From: a virus
Direction: 5' to 3' (one strand)
IMG/VR virus record: IMGVR_UViG_3300025704_002294
Span: 1 to 64,000 of that record
Length of the DNA stretch: 64,000 nt
In this document: positions 30,188 through 39,748 of the stretch, in pieces
How the letters are laid out: every line of letters starts with the position of its first letter
Position numbering within the stretch: position 1 is the first letter of the stretch
The notes under the pieces: generated by a model
The model's database searches: none
What the model was told of the DNA's origin: nothing
The model's input: only the letters and a program-made list of their open reading frames with translations
Translations under genes and position numbers: made by a program

Positions 30188-30819
30188 AAATAAAAGATTT
30201 TATAACAGAAAATACACCAGACTCAGTAAAGTCTGACTCAAATAAAGTTGCAGACTTAGTTAGATCTGGGCAAGATATCAATTTGGCCGTAGATACATAT
30301 AGAAATATTCATAGTGGACAATTAGATTATGACGCGGCTTTTTCTAAAGCATCTCAATCTAGATCAGGCTCTAACGAGCCTACTTCAGTAGGCAATACCG
30401 CCGCTATGAATAAGAAAGAAATAGATGCCCTAGTTAGTAAGCAAGTTCAAGATAAATTAAATAAAAACGCCACTGCTAAAAAAGGATTAGGCGGTGAAAT
30501 ACAAAAAGTAAAAGTTGAACCTTCGAGAAGTGAAGAGATGCCAGGTCAATATGTTACAGATCCAAAAACAGGTGCTTTAGTTCCTTCTAAACGTGCTTTT
30601 AGAGGCAATCAATACACAGGAGGAATACCAGGTCCTACTAAAGCAATTCAGAAAGCAAAAGACATTATAGATGATCCTTTATCTTTTATTACTAATCCTT
30701 TAGGTGCAACTGATACAGACGATGCTATAACTAAAGGCTCAGACCTTGGCAGAAGACTATTTACACCCAGAACGGGAATTAAGAAGAGCTCTAAATTATC
30801 TATCCGGTCTCCGCAGTAA
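30184..30819 (+). CDS. Hypothetical internal-head-type protein
   Basis: MKIKDFITE is a close match to the T4 CTS pattern. Confidence 0.55.
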   Translation: MKIKDFITENTPDSVKSDSNKVADLVRSGQDINLAVDTYRNIHSGQLDYDAAFSKASQSRSGSNEPTSVGNTAAMNKKEIDALVSKQVQDKLNKNATAKKGLGGEIQKVKVEPSRSEEMPGQYVTDPKTGALVPSKRAFRGNQYTGGIPGPTKAIQKAKDIIDDPLSFITNPLGATDTDDAITKGSDLGRRLFTPRTGIKKSSKLSIRSPQ

Positions 30820-30905
30820 ACTCCAAAATTTAAGACTATTATTTTATTATTTTTGATAAATAAATGTAATAGAGTGTTTTAACGAACACAAAAAAGGAGA
30901 TTAAA

Positions 30906-31250
30906 ATGGCACAATCAAAAGGAAATGGAGCCGGTGTTGCCCAGTTTGTAACTGGAACATTAGTTTCAAATCATAATTTACAATCAGTCCTAATTGACAC
31001 AGGTGCAAACCTGCAAACAGAAGATGATGCAACAAGAGAAGCAGTAGAAAGAGCATTAGGTTTTATACAACCACTTATGTATGTTATACCATCAGCAAGT
31101 AATGGTGAAATACATGCTATAGTTGATGCAAGTCAATTTGACGCGGCGTCTTTACAGAAACAAATCAGAGCAATTGGCACTGACGATGTAAACAGTTATA
31201 ACTTTGCAACTGCAACTGTAACAGCAGGAACAGGAATGGTTATTAGTTAA
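30906..31250 (+). CDS. Small virion structural protein
   Basis: Own TAAATA (30857), strong SD and terminator; A/G/T-rich. Confidence 0.65.
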   Translation: MAQSKGNGAGVAQFVTGTLVSNHNLQSVLIDTGANLQTEDDATREAVERALGFIQPLMYVIPSASNGEIHAIVDASQFDAASLQKQIRAIGTDDVNSYNFATATVTAGTGMVIS

Positions 31251-31267
31251 TTTTAAATTAATTTAAG

Positions 31268-31299
31268 AAAAAATGGCGGTTTTAACTGCCATTTTTTTT
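31268..31299 (+). terminator. Rho-independent terminator
   Basis: ATGGCGGTT/AACTGCCAT stem followed by a T run; flanking A run. Confidence 0.8.
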
Positions 31300-31379
31300 G
31301 GGTTTTTTGATAAATATTATTAACAACGCATCATTAGACACTTCGGTGAAGAATTTAATGATCAAAAAGGAGATTAAAA

Positions 31380-31649
31380 ATGGCACAAACGGATAGAAGA
31401 GCGGCGGCAAGCGGCGAGTTTATTGGTAAGGACGTATTCCTTAAAAGTTTCCAACAACAATCAGGAAACATTTCAGCAACTCAACTTACTTCATTAGTAA
31501 GCACAGTTCAAAGTTTAAACCTTTCAATTTTAAAAATAGGTAGTTTTACAGCAGGAACTTCAGACACAGTTAAAATGATTGTTGAAGGTGCAGACAACTT
31601 AGCAAACGGTGACATAGCGGCACACGTTATTGCTGACGTATCGTTCTAA
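31380..31649 (+). CDS. Small virion structural protein
   Basis: Own TAAATA (31311), SD context near-identical to the 30906 gene, and a terminator. Confidence 0.65.
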   Translation: MAQTDRRAAASGEFIGKDVFLKSFQQQSGNISATQLTSLVSTVQSLNLSILKIGSFTAGTSDTVKMIVEGADNLANGDIAAHVIADVSF

Positions 31650-31667
31650 GTTTTTATAACTTAATTT

Positions 31668-31695
31668 AAAAGCACTCTTCGGAGTGCTTTTTTTT
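31668..31695 (+). terminator. Rho-independent terminator with C(UUCG)G tetraloop
   Basis: GCACTC-TTCG-GAGTGC followed by T8. Confidence 0.9.
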
Positions 31696-31747
31696 GGCCC
31701 CATGGTCGACAACTTCTGATAAATAGTGTAATATACAGGAGACACAC

Positions 31748-32152
31748 ATGAGTTTAACAAGAAGTGGCGCAATGGGTAGTTCTGAAGTTGTTTCAGGCAA
31801 CATAGAATTTTTTACATTGTTTACAATGTTAGACATTACACAAACAGGCGATTACAATGACAACAGCCAAAAAGATTTCGAAAGTGTTGTCCAAGTAATA
31901 GGATTAAGAGCAATGCCTGTAGTGATGAATGAACCCGTAGAACTTAGCGGTTCTGGGGCATTTGTTTTAGAAAATTATGGAGCACCAACATTAACAGGAG
32001 CAGGTTGGATATTTAAATTTGCTTTTGAAAGAGAAGGAGTGCATACTATAACTACTTTGACAGATGAATTAAACGGAATAGTATTGAATAGTGGAACAAT
32101 TGATACTAAAATTTCAGTAAATATGGAATTTACTAAACAAGATTTATTATAA
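31748..32152 (+). CDS. Probable virion protein
   Basis: TAAATA at 31720 and AGGAG SD. Confidence 0.6.
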   Translation: MSLTRSGAMGSSEVVSGNIEFFTLFTMLDITQTGDYNDNSQKDFESVVQVIGLRAMPVVMNEPVELSGSGAFVLENYGAPTLTGAGWIFKFAFEREGVHTITTLTDELNGIVLNSGTIDTKISVNMEFTKQDLL

Positions 32153-32162
32153 GAGATAAACG

Positions 32163-32402
32163 ATGCCAAGAAAATCAGAACCAGATAAAAACATAAAACC
32201 TTATGTTGAGTCAGGTAATATAGAAGCACATATTATTGCTGACATGCTAAGAATAGAAAGCATTACAGCAGAGTTACGAGAGTTTAAAGAAACAACAAAA
32301 AGCAGATTAGACAAATTAGAAAGTTGGATAATTGCTATCGTTGGATTAACATTTACTTCGTTGGTTAGTATTATAATAGGAATAGTAATTAATTTAATAT
32401 GA
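32163..32402 (+). CDS. Coiled-coil protein with a C-terminal TM helix
   Basis: Heptad segment followed by WIIAIVGLTFTSLVSIIIGIVI. Confidence 0.6.
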   Translation: MPRKSEPDKNIKPYVESGNIEAHIIADMLRIESITAELREFKETTKSRLDKLESWIIAIVGLTFTSLVSIIIGIVINLI

Positions 32403-32680
32403 TTTTAGAAGAAATAACAAAAGATATAATAGTCGAAAACAGAATGGTCTGGCGTAAGATGGGCAACAAAGTTGTCCGTGCTGTTCGATGCACATCTGGC
32501 AGACGTAAAGGTCGTGTTGTTTCTAAATCGCAACAATGTAGTGCGCCTATTAATATGAAAAAGCGAATGACTATTAAAAAGACAAGAGCAAAAATGGGCG
32601 GAAGAATTGCCAGAAAAGCACAAAGAACTAAACGTATGAATCCTGCTAGTCGAAGAGTAAGATCATTGAATAAGAGATGA
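32399..32680 (+). CDS. Highly basic protein with an acidic CTS-like propeptide
   Basis: MILEEITKDIIVE followed by an R/K-rich body with RCTSG.RKGRVV. Confidence 0.65.
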   Translation: MILEEITKDIIVENRMVWRKMGNKVVRAVRCTSGRRKGRVVSKSQQCSAPINMKKRMTIKKTRAKMGGRIARKAQRTKRMNPASRRVRSLNKR

Positions 32681-32683
32681 TAA

Positions 32684-35600
32684 ATGAAGTTTACTGAAGT
32701 AAAAACATTAGAACATTTATTGAAAGAATACGGAATGTCTAGTTCTGGTTCGCCAACACCTTCCGGGCAACAGCAGTCTGGTAATTTTATAAAAAAAGTT
32801 GCAGGAGATATAGCCAAAAAAGTTGGAGCAAAAGCAAGTTCGGTTGGGCAATCAATGACACAGGCAATAAAAGGAACAGACAGCAAAACAACTCAAAGGA
32901 TAAAAAGTATAGTTCCTCAAAGAGGAGGCAAGATATCTGCAAGTCCTACAATAGGAGGTCAGAAAAACACTCCAGATTCTGTGATTAAAACAAAAGCAGG
33001 AGAAGTAGAAGCAGGTGCAGACATATATGATCAGTATGGTAATTATACAGGCAAAATTGATTCTCCATTAGGAGATAATAAAGCCGGTGGCCCTGAAAAA
33101 ATAGCAATATTAAACAAACAAAACGATTATGAAATCATAGATCCTAATGATGACTTATTTGTATCAAATCCACAAGCAAACGAAGGGAAACTATCTAAAT
33201 TAGCCAAACGCAAAAGCAAACATTCAAGAATAAAAACACTTAGAGGTAAAATTAAAAAATTATCTAAAAAAAGATTAAAAGAAGCAGATCCTAAGTTATT
33301 TGAAATAAATTTTAACAGACAAAATTTAGCAAGACAAAGTTTAGACGCACCTGTGAAATGCGGCTTTGAAGCAGAAACATTTTTCTATAATGTAGATAGT
33401 AGAGGTTCTTCTGACCATATAGACAACATGAGCATCAGTGAAATTGAATACCAATATGGTGATATGCCAGACCAAGTATGGGAAGACTTTGAAGATTGGT
33501 TGTATACTAAAGGACAAGACGAATACCTAGATGACATTATATCTGATAAAGTAGAAGAAGTCAGAGAAGATGAAGACTATCTAAATGACTTTATAGATAG
33601 TGGGGCAGGACCAAGTTCAGAAGCAATCGAAATATACAAAAAAGATTTTGAAGAAAACGATCCAAAAGAATACGAAAACCGTGAGGAAGATGGTTGGGAC
33701 TATATGAACTGGGTCAGAGAATATGTAGAAGAAGAATACGAAGATGAGTATTTGGCTTGGTTAAAAAAAGACGTTGCAGACGGTGATCTAGACGATGAGG
33801 CCAGAGAAGCCGCAAGAGATGATTATAGTGTAGAAGATTGGATATACGACAACTACAGTTACATGAGCAGTTTCCTTGATGATTATGGTTATGAGTATAA
33901 TAGTAGCAGTGAAGGCAATGTTGAAGGTGTTGCAGATGAGTTATACAACTGGATAAAAGATAATAGTAAATTTACAGACTATCCGGAAATAGGTGAGTAT
34001 GACTCCACTAATACCACAACTGCTTGGTCAGTAGAAACTGATAGCAGTATAGAAGCCGATGAAGGAGCAGGTGCAGAATTAATTTCGCCAGTATTTGATT
34101 CACCTAGAAAAATGCTTACAGAAATGAAAAGTTTATTTGACTGGAGTGAAAAAAACTTTGGCACAAACAACTCTACAGGACTACATGTTACTATGAGTTG
34201 GCAAGGTGAAAAAAGAGATTTAGTAAAAACAGACGATGATGAATTTTGGGGAGATGAGGCATCAGAACCAAACAAATTAAAGATGGCATTGCTATTAGGT
34301 GATGAATACTTACTTGCAGAGTTTGGTAGATTGCGTAACAGTTACACAAAAAGTCAATATCAAAATGTATTAAAATATGCAGAAGGCATGAAACGTGGTG
34401 ATGCAAAAAGTTTTGAAGCATTTGAGAAAGAACTTGCTAAAGGCATAGACCCTGGTAAGTTTAACAGTATAAATTTTAAAGGCGAGACTGATAAAGACTC
34501 AGGAAATAACCTTATAGAGTTTAGAATTGCCGGCGGTGTAGACTATAACACAATGTATGATAAAGTTGTTAAAGCATGTGTGAGATATGCTACTGTAATG
34601 AAAGCAGGATATAGTAAAGATGCTTTTAGACCAGAATATGTTAAAGCAGTATTTAGATTATTGCGTAAGTCACAGGAAATAGATCCTAAAAAATTAAAAA
34701 ATTTAGAAGTAGTTAATCACGAAGTAATAGATGCCGCCAAGAGCATTGTAGGCAAAAAAGATTACTTTGATGTAATTAAATTTCTAAGTGCCAGTGTTGA
34801 GTATTTACAAAACTATGAAAAATTAAGTAGTCCAGATGCAGATAAAATATGGAAGCAGGAAATAAAAGATTTCGAAAAAGGTACTGGTACTAAAGTAGAA
34901 ATAGAAGAAGAAACAATCAAAGGATATGTACAGCCTAACAGTATGTCACCAAGCAAGAGAGCGGCAGGCGAATTAGACAAAGCACAAGATAGATTTGGAT
35001 CAGCAGTAACATTATTAGCAAAAGACATAGCAGACGGTAATAACAGAGCACCTGTTACTGCTAAAAACATTGCGTCGTTTAGAAAGTTTGCCAAAGAATT
35101 ACAACTAAACAGTGATAGCATGGAAACACTGGTTTTTTCAAGTATGGAGAATCATAACATTGAAGGTTCTGACAAAGACAAAGTATTAATATTACAAAAA
35201 GGAATAAACACTTTATTCAAGCAAGACATAATTAAAAACCCAGAATATTTATCTCCGCAAGATGTAGACCGCATTGCCAGTAAAATGTGGCAGTTCTATC
35301 AATCAGACGATAGCAAAGATAATGTCAAATTAGATAAACTTGCAGACTTACTGGTTGTTTTAACCCCTGCAAACAAAAAAATAGATGTCGAAAACACATT
35401 AAGAGAATTATCTCATGAAAGACAAGAAAATAGTTTTGTTGCTAAACTGAAAGGCCGTGGATGGAATGTAAGAAACGAGTTATTAAAAAGCAATAGAATT
35501 ACCACAAAAGATTCAGCACAAGAATTATTAAAATTCTTAGAACCATATCAAGGTTACAAACATCCAACAAGCAGAGATCATCATGTTAATATTAAAAGTG

Positions 35601-38600
35601 ATGACAAATATTCAGACGTATTCCAGATGAGGCTCACACAGAGATTAAGAGACAGGTTAGATCATTTGAAAGATCTAGAAAGGGAAGACAAAGAAAAATT
35701 TGTAACTATTGCTAAACAAGTAAGCAAATTAGGATTAGAATTATTGGAAGGCTTAAAACCTAGACCAGATCTTTGGGCCGAAGATGAAAATGGATACACA
35801 CAAATCAACCGTGGCTCCGATGGAGAATCAAACTTGGCTTCGCATAGTAGTTTAGAACGTTGGAACGATGTAATGGACAGGCTTGTAAAAGCAGACAGTG
35901 AAATAGAGGCAGATGAACAAACATTTAATTTGCCTGCTCTTATAGATGATTATGTAGTAGGATCTATGCATATGGATAGATATTTTGCTTGGAAAGAAAA
36001 CAACGGGCCTGAGCAAGGTGCTGTTCTAAGACAATTACATAAAGAAAGATTTGCGGCAATAAAAAAATTCTTATCAGGATTTGATAAAATATTCCAGAAA
36101 GAAGGATTTGTAAATCTTAAACAAGAAATACAAGCAAAAAATACATTAGATAGAAGAAATAGAGACTTTGAAAAGAATGTCAGAGACAACGCAAAAGCAA
36201 AACTTAATATACCAAGTCACAGTTGGGTGTATATAGACCGAGACTTTTTTGATACTATCACAGATGAAGACTATGACGACAGAGAAGCATATTTAGATAG
36301 CAATTTAGATCATTTTAACGACAAAGTAAACCAGAGTAAAGTTTATGTTATACCTTCCAGTCACTGGAGTGATGCCGAAGATGCCACAAACGGTTTAGAA
36401 CTTATAGACACTTTTGAAAAAAATAAAAACTATTATCACACTTGGCGTAAAAAGGGTTATAAAAAAATAGTAAATAGATTCAACAACAAATATGGTTATA
36501 GTTGGAAGGACTTAAATGTCAAAGAAGCATTCATTCAAGGCGATGGTGATGTATACCACAAATTAAAAAATATCGGTATTGAAGTCACTCACAAAGGCGA
36601 CAGCAGAAAAGGTGCACCTGGACAAGACGATTTATTCCCAGATGAAGAAACACAAAATCCCAAAAGCGGTGAACCACTAAACAGAAGCAGTGGTATAAGT
36701 TGGGAAAATATGGATGATGAGGCAGAGCAAAAACGTTTTGATGCATTTGATTGGGAACAGTACCCAGCAAAAATGAAAGATGTAGTTGCTAAAGAAATGG
36801 CCAACAAACAAAGCAGTGGTGGTAGTTTTAAGGTAGCATTAGATAATATACTTAAAAAAGTACTTGACGGCGATGTAGGTATAGACAAAGACGATCTAGG
36901 CAAACCCTTAGACAAGATGGCTATAGCGGCTGGTATTGAACCCGACAATGGTGGTTCCTCAAATGGCATAGCAGGTGAAACAGATTGGGGCAATTTAGCA
37001 GACCATTTAGGAATAGAACGTGGCGTAAATGACCAGGGTGTAAACTTATTGAGAAAAGTATATCAACAGTTTGATGGCGACCACAACTGGAGACCTGCTG
37101 AAACCGACGAGAACGGCAAAAATGTAATTGGATTAGCAAGATGGGGTGCCGCAGTAAGAGATGCAGAAAAATATATCAGAGACAACTACAATGTGAGTGG
37201 TGGTAACTATTTTAGAAAAGATGCAGACGGTAATGATGACGATGATGTAAGCGGAGTATACGGAAGTTCAGATTGGACAAATACAGATTACGATAAAGCC
37301 AGGAAACACAGATTGTTTAATATTATGATGCAACAGGGAATGCAGAATTACTTACCAAAAGGCGAAGTAAATAAATTGGTAGCATTTTTAAACAATCCTC
37401 AGCAAGACACCAACTTTAAGAAAGAGGTTTTAGCAATACTTAGACTTAATGGACCTTTTGATACGTTTATGGGTGCCGTAAATGCGGCAAAAGAAATTTC
37501 ACAAGAAAGTATCTTTACCAAGTTTGATAAACTGCCTTTACAAGAACAGTTGCGTATATTACACGAATCAAATGTATTAGAAAAATTTACAAGAAATGAA
37601 AATACAATAAATACTAATATGAAAAAGTTTAACGAAGGCGAAGAAAGAAGTATTATTGCTAACAGTTGTGTTGAAAAATTAGTAGATGAGTTTAGTGGAA
37701 GAGAAAATCAATTTGCAAACAAAGATGATTTAGAATATGCAATATACCAAGCACTAGAAGACCTAGATGTAGAAGATTGTGTAGACCCAGAGATGGAAGT
37801 AGGCGGACAACCAATTGGGCACTTTGCTAGTGGCAGAGTAATTGATTGTTGCAGTAGCAGTGACATTATATATGATGTTATGGCTCATATGGACGAAACA
37901 CAAATAGGTGAAGCAAAAAAACCAAAAATGCCAAAGCAGAATAATCCAGTAGCAAAGAACAGCAAAAACATGCCAGGTGCTGGCGCACACAAATCACCAA
38001 AAGATTACGATAGAAAAAAAATTAAAGCAGATATCCGCAAAGAATTAGATGACAGTACCTATGTAAATAATATTATGCCTAGTGTTTTTGAAAGATTTGA
38101 AAAATTACCAATACAAAAACAATTAGAATTATTGAACACACCTATTGTTGAGGGTTATTTTAAAAATTTAGATACTATAGACAAAGAACAGAAAAGACTA
38201 GGAGTAGGAAAATATAATAAAGTAAGTAAAAGTGTTAAAAAGCCTGCCGGATCATATAATAAAGAACAGCATATAAAAAATACTTACAACAAGTTTAAAA
38301 CACAACATGGCGAAGTAAAGGCACAGGCTATGTTAAATAAAATGATCGACCGTGGATACTTTGACAAATCAAAAACAGAAAGTTTGTTAGGCATAGATGT
38401 ATTATTAAGAACTAAAAGACTAACAGAAAACATGCCTAACAATAACAAACTTGCTATACTAAAAAAATTATTATCAAAACATTTTCCAGTTGGTAATTTA
38501 GATATGCAATTCCAGGCATATTTAGCATTACCAATACCAAGGATGATGACAGCATTTAGCCAATTAAAAAGCATAGAAGGGCCAGAAGCATGTGGTAGAG

Positions 38601-39748
38601 ACATCCTAATGCATTTTGCAAAAAATAGATTACCAGATGCAGAAGTAAAACAACTTAATCTCAATGAAAGTTATATCAAAGAGGATGCAACAGAAGACAG
38701 ATTAAACAGCATAATGACTGCATTAGAAAAAAATCCAAATTTTGCTAGACGAGTTTACAAAATGTTAAAACTTGATAAAGAGTCTGCAGACCATTTGGAT
38801 ATTGAAGATAGACTTAAAAATAATGACACTGGTAAGGAAAACGATCATAGAATTAATAAGAATATTATGAGACAATTAGTTTTATCACTTGAACAACTAG
38901 ATCATGATTTTGACGAAATAGATGCATTTGTTGAAACTTACGGACATGCAGATTATGTAAACACAGAATTATTAAACAAGTCTGGTGTATTTAAAATTTC
39001 AGACATGTTTGTCGGAACTGATGCAGTATCTAAAGAATTTATAGATGATCTTTATGAAAAATTATTTGACTTTAGAATTAATATATCTGGATCAAACAGA
39101 GGGCCAGGTGAACTTGGATTGTGTTTACTGTCACCTAATGTAGAACTTGCTTCGGTAGGTGATATCAAAGTTAATGGCGAAGAAATAGAAGTTAAAGGTG
39201 AGGTATCGTCAGGTGGCGGTAGAATGGTTAACGGTATTGACGACTTTAAGTTTAGTGGATTAGCACAGGTCAAATCACAACTAGTACCATTTTATGAAAA
39301 GCATGATATTCCAGAAGAATTAAGAATTTACAATTTAAAAGGTGCAGTTGGCGGAGGCCGTAATCAGGGTCAGGCTCATATACTAGATCAAGCACAACAA
39401 TTAGAACAAGTAAAACAAGGTGTAGGTGCTGAATTTTTAAAATTAATTGTTAGCACATATCAATTTGTTATTGACTCAGAAGAAGAAGCAGAATTAACAA
39501 GTTCATTTATGAATATGGATAAGACAAGGTTCTTAACACTTGTAGGATTAATGTCATTTAAAAATTATGCATACATGTTAAACAAAAAAGGATTCAATAG
39601 ATTAATATTTTTAAATTGGAGATATGATAAAGTAGTAAATTGTACAACAGAAGAATTTCCAAAATACAGTGAGCATTTAGCATTTACAAGTTTAGATATG
39701 GCAGACAGTCAAAATGGTCCAGCAGTACAGGTATCAGTGTTAAAATGA
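32684..39748 (+). CDS. 2354-aa polyprotein: amidoligase (COOH-NH2 ligase) domain, multiple modules, C-terminal PD-(D/E)xK-like domain
   Basis: CGFEAE, DSSI, GAELISP, TNNSTGLHVTMS, KFNSIN and IEFRIAGG (approx 33350-34620); GPGE...GDIKVNGEEIEVKG near 39100-39200. Confidence 0.75.
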   Translation: MKFTEVKTLEHLLKEYGMSSSGSPTPSGQQQSGNFIKKVAGDIAKKVGAKASSVGQSMTQAIKGTDSKTTQRIKSIVPQRGGKISASPTIGGQKNTPDSVIKTKAGEVEAGADIYDQYGNYTGKIDSPLGDNKAGGPEKIAILNKQNDYEIIDPNDDLFVSNPQANEGKLSKLAKRKSKHSRIKTLRGKIKKLSKKRLKEADPKLFEINFNRQNLARQSLDAPVKCGFEAETFFYNVDSRGSSDHIDNMSISEIEYQYGDMPDQVWEDFEDWLYTKGQDEYLDDIISDKVEEVREDEDYLNDFIDSGAGPSSEAIEIYKKDFEENDPKEYENREEDGWDYMNWVREYVEEEYEDEYLAWLKKDVADGDLDDEAREAARDDYSVEDWIYDNYSYMSSFLDDYGYEYNSSSEGNVEGVADELYNWIKDNSKFTDYPEIGEYDSTNTTTAWSVETDSSIEADEGAGAELISPVFDSPRKMLTEMKSLFDWSEKNFGTNNSTGLHVTMSWQGEKRDLVKTDDDEFWGDEASEPNKLKMALLLGDEYLLAEFGRLRNSYTKSQYQNVLKYAEGMKRGDAKSFEAFEKELAKGIDPGKFNSINFKGETDKDSGNNLIEFRIAGGVDYNTMYDKVVKACVRYATVMKAGYSKDAFRPEYVKAVFRLLRKSQEIDPKKLKNLEVVNHEVIDAAKSIVGKKDYFDVIKFLSASVEYLQNYEKLSSPDADKIWKQEIKDFEKGTGTKVEIEEETIKGYVQPNSMSPSKRAAGELDKAQDRFGSAVTLLAKDIADGNNRAPVTAKNIASFRKFAKELQLNSDSMETLVFSSMENHNIEGSDKDKVLILQKGINTLFKQDIIKNPEYLSPQDVDRIASKMWQFYQSDDSKDNVKLDKLADLLVVLTPANKKIDVENTLRELSHERQENSFVAKLKGRGWNVRNELLKSNRITTKDSAQELLKFLEPYQGYKHPTSRDHHVNIKSDDKYSDVFQMRLTQRLRDRLDHLKDLEREDKEKFVTIAKQVSKLGLELLEGLKPRPDLWAEDENGYTQINRGSDGESNLASHSSLERWNDVMDRLVKADSEIEADEQTFNLPALIDDYVVGSMHMDRYFAWKENNGPEQGAVLRQLHKERFAAIKKFLSGFDKIFQKEGFVNLKQEIQAKNTLDRRNRDFEKNVRDNAKAKLNIPSHSWVYIDRDFFDTITDEDYDDREAYLDSNLDHFNDKVNQSKVYVIPSSHWSDAEDATNGLELIDTFEKNKNYYHTWRKKGYKKIVNRFNNKYGYSWKDLNVKEAFIQGDGDVYHKLKNIGIEVTHKGDSRKGAPGQDDLFPDEETQNPKSGEPLNRSSGISWENMDDEAEQKRFDAFDWEQYPAKMKDVVAKEMANKQSSGGSFKVALDNILKKVLDGDVGIDKDDLGKPLDKMAIAAGIEPDNGGSSNGIAGETDWGNLADHLGIERGVNDQGVNLLRKVYQQFDGDHNWRPAETDENGKNVIGLARWGAAVRDAEKYIRDNYNVSGGNYFRKDADGNDDDDVSGVYGSSDWTNTDYDKARKHRLFNIMMQQGMQNYLPKGEVNKLVAFLNNPQQDTNFKKEVLAILRLNGPFDTFMGAVNAAKEISQESIFTKFDKLPLQEQLRILHESNVLEKFTRNENTINTNMKKFNEGEERSIIANSCVEKLVDEFSGRENQFANKDDLEYAIYQALEDLDVEDCVDPEMEVGGQPIGHFASGRVIDCCSSSDIIYDVMAHMDETQIGEAKKPKMPKQNNPVAKNSKNMPGAGAHKSPKDYDRKKIKADIRKELDDSTYVNNIMPSVFERFEKLPIQKQLELLNTPIVEGYFKNLDTIDKEQKRLGVGKYNKVSKSVKKPAGSYNKEQHIKNTYNKFKTQHGEVKAQAMLNKMIDRGYFDKSKTESLLGIDVLLRTKRLTENMPNNNKLAILKKLLSKHFPVGNLDMQFQAYLALPIPRMMTAFSQLKSIEGPEACGRDILMHFAKNRLPDAEVKQLNLNESYIKEDATEDRLNSIMTALEKNPNFARRVYKMLKLDKESADHLDIEDRLKNNDTGKENDHRINKNIMRQLVLSLEQLDHDFDEIDAFVETYGHADYVNTELLNKSGVFKISDMFVGTDAVSKEFIDDLYEKLFDFRINISGSNRGPGELGLCLLSPNVELASVGDIKVNGEEIEVKGEVSSGGGRMVNGIDDFKFSGLAQVKSQLVPFYEKHDIPEELRIYNLKGAVGGGRNQGQAHILDQAQQLEQVKQGVGAEFLKLIVSTYQFVIDSEEEAELTSSFMNMDKTRFLTLVGLMSFKNYAYMLNKKGFNRLIFLNWRYDKVVNCTTEEFPKYSEHLAFTSLDMADSQNGPAVQVSVLK
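37608..37621 (+). promoter_or_regulatory. Internal late-type promoter plus in-frame ATG inside the giant ORF
   Basis: TAAATACTAATATG is identical to the terL start context; ATG 37619 is codon 1646. Confidence 0.5.
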
